From assembly GCA_032123355.1 (NCBI GenBank), contig JAQBFM010000215.1, positions 9,325 to 73,324 of the forward strand: 64,000 bases of DNA. The letters run 5' to 3'. Below the pieces are notes generated by a model. That model did not search any database, was not told where the DNA came from, and saw only the letters and a program-made list of their open reading frames with translations. Shown in pieces: positions 57,885 to 64,000 of this stretch (the stretch's first letter is position 1; every line of letters begins with the position of its first letter). The DNA is from Lentisphaerales bacterium (GTDB lineage: Bacteria > Verrucomicrobiota > Kiritimatiellia > SPBP01). A program made the position numbers and the translations under genes.

Positions 57885-58931
57885 CTAGTTGAACAGGAAA
57901 TGGCAGATGTCGCCATCCTCCATGACGTAATCCTTCCCGCGTGTGTTCATTCTTCCCGCATCACGGGCCGCCTTTTCGCTGCCAAGTTCGACGAGATCGT
58001 CGAACTTGACGACCTCTACCCTGATGAAGCCCCTTTCAATATCCGTATGTACCTTGCCCGCCGCGGTCGGCGCGAGGGATCCCTTCCGAATCGCCCACGC
58101 CCGCACTTCGTCGCTTCCAATCGTGTAGAACGACATCAGACCGAGCGCTTCATACGCCGCGTGGTTCAGACGTTCTGGACCAGGCAGATCGAGACCAATC
58201 GATGTAAGGTATTCCGTTCGTTCCCGCATATCCTCTATCTTCATGATCTCGCTTTCGATAAGGCACGATACGATGAACACGTTCGACGTGTCCGCAGTCT
58301 CTTCACCTGCCCTGGACCCCAGCGCATCCTCGTCAACGTTATGTGCCCAGAGCGCCGGCTTGAGTGTGAGAAACCCCAGGCTCCTGATGGACGCAAGCTC
58401 GTGAGCATCGAGTGGCAGGTCGGCCAGCGGCTTTTCTTCCTCAAGTGCAGCGTGACATTTCTGCAACGTCTTCTCCGCAAGGACCTGGCCCGGTGTCTGC
58501 CCTGCCCTCTTCTCCTTTGAGATCCGGTCGAGGCGTTTTTCGATGGTTTCAAGATCGGTCAAAAGGAGTTCAGCACGAAGATTCGCGTGATCCCGTCGTG
58601 CATCAACGGAACCTGCCGGGTGATACACCTGGCCAGAGGCAAACGAGCGGATGAGAATGCAGAGCAGGTCACAACTGCGCGCAGGTTCCAGCCAATCCCG
58701 CTTGTCGCTGCCCACAACTATATCGGGACAAAGCACAATATGGTTCTCCGCATAAGTGGTCTTCTTCGGATTGAACATCTTCGATAATGCATCCACCCGC
58801 GCATCCCGGACCGGTGCCACGCCTTCGAATGGCTCGGATGGACTGCGACCCGGCGGAATGTCGCGGTTCGTGAGCAGCGAAAAAAGAGTACGCTTGCCTG
58901 ACTGTCCGTAGCCCAGTAATCCAACTTTCAT
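57885..58931 (-). CDS. ychF: Ribosome-binding ATPase YchF (Obg-family GTPase with TGS domain)
   Basis: P-loop GYGQSGKRT. The C-terminal TGS-like tail is GKDYVMEDGDICHFLFN. The ORF extends to 58994. Confidence 0.75.
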   Translation of the reverse strand: MKVGLLGYGQSGKRTLFSLLTNRDIPPGRSPSEPFEGVAPVRDARVDALSKMFNPKKTTYAENHIVLCPDIVVGSDKRDWLEPARSCDLLCILIRSFASGQVYHPAGSVDARRDHANLRAELLLTDLETIEKRLDRISKEKRAGQTPGQVLAEKTLQKCHAALEEEKPLADLPLDAHELASIRSLGFLTLKPALWAHNVDEDALGSRAGEETADTSNVFIVSCLIESEIMKIEDMRERTEYLTSIGLDLPGPERLNHAAYEALGLMSFYTIGSDEVRAWAIRKGSLAPTAAGKVHTDIERGFIRVEVVKFDDLVELGSEKAARDAGRMNTRGKDYVMEDGDICHFLFN

Positions 58932-59168
58932 ATCCTGTATGCTCCCCACGCGGTTGAATGAAACAGCTTCAACATAAGACCATAGCAACACCAACGCAAA
59001 TCAAACTATTGTCGGCACTGTGCGGCCTGAAGCCATTTTGTTCCGATACTTCATGTGTCTCCTTGATTAGGCGAATGGATTCATGTATTGGAACGGTACG
59101 GACTTATGAGACTAACCCGCACATCACGTCAGCTCTCCTTAACTCAAGCAATATGCGCCTCTAAGCCA

Positions 59169-60566
59169 ATGGCTGGGAAAAGCCATTGGCGGAGGCCGAG
59201 CGCTGCATCCGGACTAATTGCTGTAATGTTCGCCCTCCTGCTGTGCCGTCTGCCAGGTTCCGTCCGCGCGCAGCAGCGCGAACCGGAGAACGCATCCCCG
59301 CCCGGCTTTGACCTGGGCAGTCTGTTTGACAGGTCGGGCTCGATCTGGCAGTACTCACCCGACAAACTGCGCGAGGTCGTCCCTGCCGCTCATTTCACAC
59401 TGATGGCCGGCGCGCAGGATGAGATCTCGGCGGTCTCAACGGACCCGCACCTGGCGTTCGCTTCCATCCCCATCATGGAAACAACTGCCAGGTTCATATC
59501 GGGAGAACTGCAGGAGATGATTCTCTACGTGTATAACCAGGGCGATGCGGGAAATATGAATCGCAAGGTCTTCGACAATATCGTGGCTGACTCGCAAAAG
59601 CGTCTTTCTGACAACTTGAAGACAAAGCCTTCCCCGGTCATCACGGGGAACAGGCCTACCGGCGCGGTCTTAGAAAGTTGCTCGTGGGCTGCGCCGCCAT
59701 ACAGGGTGGACCTGGAATGGGGCTATACCAGAAGCAGGATTGTCAGCGGCACGAGGTTCCCTGCACGAACGGAGTATATCCGGATCCGTGCCACACCATT
59801 CGACGCGGCCAATGATCCTCGCCGGATCCTGAGCGGCAGCGCTCTGAAATCCGACCGTGCTGACCTTTCGGCCCGGCAACTGACAGGGCACGTGGCCAGG
59901 CACAAAAACGGTGACGTATTGATAAACGGCATTCCGATGGTCGACCAGGGCGAAAAAGGTTACTGTGTGGTTGCAACCGCCGAACGGATCTTTCGCTACT
60001 ACGCTGTTGATATCGATCAACATGAGCTCGCGCAGCTCGCCAGGACATCGGCCGCGGGTGGCACGAATCCGCAGATCATGCTCGATGTTCTCAGGAAGAC
60101 GGCCTCGACTCTCGGAATCCAGGTTCGTGAACACTACCGCCTCCAAGAACGGGAACTCGAAAGACTCATTGATCGCTATGACAGGGCTGCGCGCCGAGCA
60201 AGGATCAGGGGAATAGATCCGGAGGCGATCAACTCGCTCTCGGATCTATATGACCAGATGAACCTTCCAATTCTAAAGCAGGTCCGGCTCACTCCGCGCA
60301 GTGCGTTCACGCGGTTCATCGGGGACGTCAGGGAAAAGATTCAGGCCGGGATTCCGCTGGCCTGGTCGGTAATGCTCGGGAAGGTGGCAGAATCCGAAAG
60401 AGTGCTACAGACCGGTCCTCATATGCGGCTGATCATCGGGTATAATGATCATGATTCCGAAGTGATCTACAGCGATTCCTGGGGAGACAGGCATGCGTTG
60501 AAACGCATGGATCCTGGCAATGCATGGACAATAACCCTGGGCCTGTTCACGCTGGAACCTCGCTGA
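59169..60566 (+). CDS. Secreted protein with C-terminal papain-like (C39-like) cysteine peptidase domain
   Basis: A signal peptide is followed by a Cys block GEKGYCVVATAE and a His block HMRLIIGYNDHDSEVIYSDSWG. Together they resemble the Peptidase_C39-like fold. Confidence 0.4.
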   Translation: MAGKSHWRRPSAASGLIAVMFALLLCRLPGSVRAQQREPENASPPGFDLGSLFDRSGSIWQYSPDKLREVVPAAHFTLMAGAQDEISAVSTDPHLAFASIPIMETTARFISGELQEMILYVYNQGDAGNMNRKVFDNIVADSQKRLSDNLKTKPSPVITGNRPTGAVLESCSWAAPPYRVDLEWGYTRSRIVSGTRFPARTEYIRIRATPFDAANDPRRILSGSALKSDRADLSARQLTGHVARHKNGDVLINGIPMVDQGEKGYCVVATAERIFRYYAVDIDQHELAQLARTSAAGGTNPQIMLDVLRKTASTLGIQVREHYRLQERELERLIDRYDRAARRARIRGIDPEAINSLSDLYDQMNLPILKQVRLTPRSAFTRFIGDVREKIQAGIPLAWSVMLGKVAESERVLQTGPHMRLIIGYNDHDSEVIYSDSWGDRHALKRMDPGNAWTITLGLFTLEPR

Positions 60567-60676
60567 CAGGCGCATGGGCCCTGAAGCGACTGATGAGCAT
60601 GGTGGAGCTGTTCGAATGGAAGAAAAGAATCATCCAATATAGGCGGACAAGCGCGAGAGATGGAGCCCTGTTTCAA

Positions 60677-61279
60677 ATGCCGCGATTATCGAAGAAGTTC
60701 TATCTGGGATCCGATGTCATACGAATCAGTCGGCAACTGCTTGGCAAGCGGCTGATGACAAAGGTCGATGGATATCGCACCGGCGGCATCATTGTCGAAA
60801 CCGAAGCATACGCCGGAGTAACTGATCGTGCGTCCCATGCGTACGGCCACAGACGCACAGAAAGGAACGAAATGATGTTCCATGAAGGTGGCGTGGCCTA
60901 TGTCTACTTCTGCTACGGCATGCACTGGCTTCTCAACTTCGTAGCCAATCGCGCAGATGTGCCCGACGCGGTGTTGATTCGCGGGATCCTGCCGACCGTC
61001 GGCATTGAGACCATGTTGCGCAGACGAGGCAGGGAGAAGGTTGACCGAAGACTCGCCGGGGGGCCGGGAATGCTGAGCCAGGCGCTCGGGATCGACCGTT
61101 CCTTCAATGGCGAGAGCCTGCGGTCCGATAGGCTCTGGATTGAAGACACGGGCCGGAGGATTGACTCGCGGCGGATTGTCGCCTCGCCACGCATCGGGGT
61201 TGACTACGCCGGCCCGGACGCCCTGCGCCCCTGGCGCTTCACCATCAAGCCGAAGGGCCGGGGCATGGAAGATGTCTAG
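60677..61279 (+). CDS. mpg: DNA-3-methyladenine glycosylase (Mpg/AAG family)
   Basis: ETEAYAG ... HAYGHRRTERNEMMF ... YVYFCYGMHWLLN are hallmark Mpg-family blocks. Confidence 0.8.
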   Translation: MPRLSKKFYLGSDVIRISRQLLGKRLMTKVDGYRTGGIIVETEAYAGVTDRASHAYGHRRTERNEMMFHEGGVAYVYFCYGMHWLLNFVANRADVPDAVLIRGILPTVGIETMLRRRGREKVDRRLAGGPGMLSQALGIDRSFNGESLRSDRLWIEDTGRRIDSRRIVASPRIGVDYAGPDALRPWRFTIKPKGRGMEDV

Positions 61280-61330
61280 CCCTGAATGGCACTTTATGTT
61301 GCGCGCAACCTAAAGCGCCATTCAGGGCTA
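61276..61330. terminator. Stem-loop after mpg (15-bp perfect stem)
   Basis: CTAGCCCTGAATGGC ... GCCATTCAGGGCTAG. There is no T-tract, and it lies just outside the CRISPR array. Confidence 0.4.
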
Positions 61331-61361
61331 GCGCATAGTGCCCTCATAGAGCATCATGCTC

Positions 61362-61573
61362 CGGACCATCCCCACGCGCGTGGGGAAAACATGTGGACCC
61401 GGTTCAGGTGGTGTCGCTCGTCCGGACCATCCCCACGCGCGTGGGGAAAACAGCGCAGCCAGCGAAGTCGTCACCGTGAATTCCGGACCATCCCCACGCG
61501 CGTGGGGAAAACGAACTTTGTGACGTCGGGCGGAACCAACGACTTGGACCATCCCCACGCGCGTGGGGAAAAC
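61362..61573 (-). CRISPR. Type I-E CRISPR array: 4 repeats of 29 nt, 3 spacers of 32 nt
   Basis: Plus-strand repeat CGGACCATCCCCACGCGCGTGGGGAAAAC at 61362, 61423, 61484 and 61545; the last copy starts with T. Its reverse complement GTTTTCCCCACGCGCGTGGGGATGGTCCG has the canonical I-E shape. Spacers are exactly 32 nt. The orientation is inferred from the repeat and the cas genes. Confidence 0.9.
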
Positions 61574-61648
61574 CGCAGTATTTTGCGGAATCGCCTCGAA
61601 CCAAACACATCATATTGTATACCTCGCCTATTCGGAGTCAACCGCCGA
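61574..61648 (-). promoter_or_regulatory. Probable CRISPR leader
   Basis: A 75-bp AT-richer segment lies between the exonuclease gene stop and the first repeat, on the cas-proximal side. Confidence 0.45.
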
Positions 61649-62431
61649 TCAATCCGGCCACACAATTCGAGGTTGTTTCGGAAGCGACAGAGGTTTGAAT
61701 AACGGATAACGCCGCATACTGGTGTTGTAACTCTTGATCAACAGCAGCTCAAGGCTGAGGACGTCCTGAGTGTTGTAAGCAAGAAGCTTCGAGAGCGCTG
61801 TGGCGTCGCCACTCCGATGCAAATACCATAGGTGTACAGCTTCAAGTCCGTTAATAGCCTCTGGCACCTGCCTCCGAATACCTAGCAACCTCTCGCATAG
61901 TTTCAGACCGCCGGAGAAGCCCTGTGATCGCAAAGTGCGCGCGATGTCCAGATGGGCCATGTCCATTGGAAGATTCGACTTTCGACGAATGAACGGCAGA
62001 TCGAACCGCGATCCGTTGTACGTAACGACAAGCGAGAAAGAGCCAATCGCGTCAGCAAAGTCATCGAGGTTGACGCCGTTGACGAATGTTTGAACCGCTC
62101 TTCCGTCATAGAGAGCAATCGTCGTGATCTCCGAGTAGGCATCAAGACCAGTAGTCTCGATGTCCAGATACGCAATCCGCCCTTTGAAGTGCGGGTATAT
62201 TCGCGGGAACGCTCTGGCGGGAAGACGCTCAAGAAAATACGCCGCATTCAATTCTTCCAGCGCCCGCTGCGACGCCTGCAATTGTGCTCGCACTTGTTCG
62301 GCTTTTTTCAGAGATAACGGCGGTGCCGGACATCGCTCGTAGTGCGCCCACGTCAGAATACCCGATTCCCATAACTTGCCTTCCCCGCCTCCCGGCAGAC
62401 CCTTGAGATGACAGAAGGTGGCGGGTAGCAT
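61649..62431 (-). CDS. DEDDh 3'-5' exonuclease (DnaQ/RNase H-like fold), CRISPR-associated by position
   Basis: Exo I motif [10 protein letters not shown], plus downstream Exo II- and Exo III-like blocks ([17 protein letters not shown]). The start overlaps the cas2 stop by 1 nt (TGATG). Confidence 0.7.
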   Translation of the reverse strand: MLPATFCHLKGLPGGGEGKLWESGILTWAHYERCPAPPLSLKKAEQVRAQLQASQRALEELNAAYFLERLPARAFPRIYPHFKGRIAYLDIETTGLDAYSEITTIALYDGRAVQTFVNGVNLDDFADAIGSFSLVVTYNGSRFDLPFIRRKSNLPMDMAHLDIARTLRSQGFSGGLKLCERLLGIRRQVPEAINGLEAVHLWYLHRSGDATALSKLLAYNTQDVLSLELLLIKSYNTSMRRYPLFKPLSLPKQPRIVWPD

Positions 62432-62751
62432 CAGTTGCAACCTTCCCGGGATGGTTCTTCTGTCGGTTCGGTGTCGCTCCATTTCTCGGCAATCAGGTTG
62501 AGCCCCGAGAGAACGACGTCCTTGCGGTTGGTTTCGCCGAACGCCTGGACGGAAAAGCCCTGCGAGGAGTTATCTGAAGCGATGACCAGCATGCCCAAGC
62601 CGGCGGCGTTTCGCCGAATGTATTCCAGCGTCTTTTCCCTGGTCCGCCGATTGACCGAGCCCACAAACACGTTCGGACGCGGTTCCACAAACCAACGCTT
62701 GAGCAGGCCGCGAATGGCGGGCGGAACATCGTTAGCAACGATTACGGTCAT
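62431..62751 (-). CDS. cas2: Cas2 (type I-E)
   Basis: MTVIVANDVPPAIRGLLKRWFVEPRPNVFVGSVNRRTREK... resembles E. coli Cas2/YgbF. GAGGA RBS. The ATGA overlap with cas1 implies coupling. Confidence 0.85.
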   Translation of the reverse strand: MTVIVANDVPPAIRGLLKRWFVEPRPNVFVGSVNRRTREKTLEYIRRNAAGLGMLVIASDNSSQGFSVQAFGETNRKDVVLSGLNLIAEKWSDTEPTEEPSREGCN

Positions 62752-63581
62752 TTTAACAGTTCCTCGATTTCCTTCGGCATACGCCGAAGAATCTTTTGTT
62801 GTTCGATCAAGGTCTTGAGCAGTTGGATCACCTCTTTTCCATCCGCTTCCGGTTTGATGCTGATTGTCTGAAAGGCGGCCTCCAGCGAGGTCTCGTGTTT
62901 GTAGAGGTCGGCCACATCGAACACGAACGGCATGGTTCCGCCCTGATGCACGAATCCGAGTTGGGGCAGATAACCCAGAGAGCAGACTACCGCCGTCGTA
63001 AGGGCATAGAGCGCCGCATTGGCGGCGGAGACGGAGCGGTTGATATTGTCGGCCAGATCCCATTCGCTCTTGTCGTACTGACGGCCTTTCCACGAAACGC
63101 CGTATTTCAGCCCCAGTTCGCCATAGAGCGCCTTCACCCGTTTGCCTTCCATTCCGCGCAATTCTTCCACGCCTTTGCTCATAACATCCACATCCGGAAA
63201 CCGCTTCACAAACATCCGGCGGGCCACTTCCGCCCGTCTCGCTTTGGAAGCATGTGTGGCGGCTTGGTGCAGCGCCCGTTCATTGGCATGCGTGGGCGTT
63301 GTACCGAAGGCATAGAAGCGCATGCCTTCCTCGCCCACCCAGCAGACTGGAGTATTTGAGTTGCTGCAGGCCTTGATGGCAGCATGCGTAACCGTTGTGC
63401 CGGGACCGAGCATCAGCACGCTGACCGTGGCCACCGGAATGCGGAAGATTGTGCGGTCAGCCCCGATCCACTTCACGCTGGAATCGTCAACCTCAAGCCG
63501 CCCGTGTTCAAGATAGAGCGGCGTCCACCGTTCATTGGCGGGTGTCAATGTCTCAAGCGGCGGTTTTTCGAAGACAGGCAT
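62748..63581 (-). CDS. cas1: Cas1 (type I-E)
   Basis: Strongly collinear with E. coli Cas1e (TVTHAAIKA..., VCWVGEEGMRFYA, ELRGMEGKRVKALY, YLPQLGFVHQGG, FVFDVADLYK). Confidence 0.9.
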   Translation of the reverse strand: MPVFEKPPLETLTPANERWTPLYLEHGRLEVDDSSVKWIGADRTIFRIPVATVSVLMLGPGTTVTHAAIKACSNSNTPVCWVGEEGMRFYAFGTTPTHANERALHQAATHASKARRAEVARRMFVKRFPDVDVMSKGVEELRGMEGKRVKALYGELGLKYGVSWKGRQYDKSEWDLADNINRSVSAANAALYALTTAVVCSLGYLPQLGFVHQGGTMPFVFDVADLYKHETSLEAAFQTISIKPEADGKEVIQLLKTLIEQQKILRRMPKEIEELLK

Positions 63582-63599
63582 GGAAAGATGATCGATCTG

Positions 63600-64000
63600 T
63601 TATTCGGCGACTTTTTGATTGATCCTGCGCACAGGCCATGGACGCGTGCCGGCGTAGGATGCAGGCACGCCGTCACTCCAAGTGTCGTTGCCGGCGGTGA
63701 AAGTCGACTCCTCAATACGGGTGCATTGGGCAATCGGTTTGCCGTCAAGAAGCGACTTTTCCGCTTCCTCGCGCGAATCAAACAGTCTCCGGCAAACCGG
63801 TTCAGCCGGAATGCAGTTCTTGCGACCGAACCAGATGCCCCAGACCGGATCTTCAAGAGCCCGTCTCACCTTTTCCAATAACTTCCGCTCGCCTTCGAGA
63901 ATAACGCCGAACTTTGCGTCAAGAAGATACTGGCGGTGTGAGATCACCGCGTCCTTCTTGATTCCTCCACTTGCCGCGCGTGTCTTCATCACGGTATGGA
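63600..64000 (-). CDS. cas5: Cas5e/CasD C-terminal part (5' end outside window)
   Basis: RQYLLDAKFGVIL and LEKVRRALEDPVWGIWFGRKNCIP align with the E. coli CasD blocks REYLCDASFTVAL and LEKAVLKPRYTPYLGRRSCPL. The ORF is open to the window edge. Confidence 0.5.
   Translation of the reverse strand, partial: HTVMKTRAASGGIKKDAVISHRQYLLDAKFGVILEGERKLLEKVRRALEDPVWGIWFGRKNCIPAEPVCRRLFDSREEAEKSLLDGKPIAQCTRIEESTFTAGNDTWSDGVPASYAGTRPWPVRRINQKVAE

Noticed and set aside
62796-63359. 187-aa plus-strand ORF
   Set aside because: It is antisense to cas1, which is supported by strong homology.

Overview
This window is a high-GC (~60%) bacterial chromosomal segment; I could not determine the lineage. Both strands are densely coding.

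Left part (1-12 kb): the C-terminal tail of a Ser/Thr kinase, a DUF721 protein, a TrpB2-type tryptophan synthase beta-like enzyme, a DRE-TIM/HMGL-like aldolase, an ankyrin+MORN repeat secreted protein, purL (FGAM synthase), thiE, a BFN/UVR nuclease, and a B12-binding radical SAM enzyme.

At about 12.2 kb a tRNA-Arg(TCG) gene is followed by a small islet. It carries an AbiEi/AbiEii type IV toxin-antitoxin (TA) pair, a remnant of a DUF3368 PIN-like gene, and a 3' fragment of a NUDIX gene. Next comes a heterodimeric ABC exporter pair bracketed by a ~99-bp direct repeat (DR). One copy of that repeat lies inside the intact NUDIX gene.

19.7-36.7 kb is an envelope/surface block:
- a YbbA/YbbP-like ABC ATPase plus FtsX-type permease plus a periplasmic PQQ beta-propeller
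- an RlmI-like methyltransferase
- ThuA
- a second PQQ propeller
- BamA
- a YadA-type trimeric autotransporter adhesin (TAA)
- a secreted 12-repeat ankyrin protein

37.3-41.9 kb holds L-arabinose catabolism genes (a FucI-family isomerase, araD, araB). Each gene is preceded by a long intergenic region filled with repeats.

42.7-53.9 kb holds two subtilases (one with four PPC domains), an ERCC4/XPF-type nuclease, a 16x ~33-aa tandem helical-repeat membrane protein, and an orphan GspF/PilC-domain fragment.

53.9-61.3 kb is housekeeping: pfk, rmuC, a DEAD-box helicase, ychF, a secreted C39-like peptidase-domain protein, and mpg.

The right end is the tail of a type I-E CRISPR-Cas locus on the minus strand: cas5e (partial), cas1, cas2, a free-standing DEDDh/DnaQ-like exonuclease gene translationally coupled to cas2, a leader, and a 4-repeat/3-spacer array with 29-nt repeats and 32-nt spacers.

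The most striking non-genic signal is in the intergenic regions between ~24.9 and ~53 kb. They are unusually long (250-700 bp) and built from a shared vocabulary of short modules in both orientations, forming MITE-like mosaic elements with terminal inverted repeats (TIRs). A separate REP-like double-hairpin repeat family sits at three gene 3' ends.

The ORF track treats TTG/GTG as M, so several starts are uncertain.
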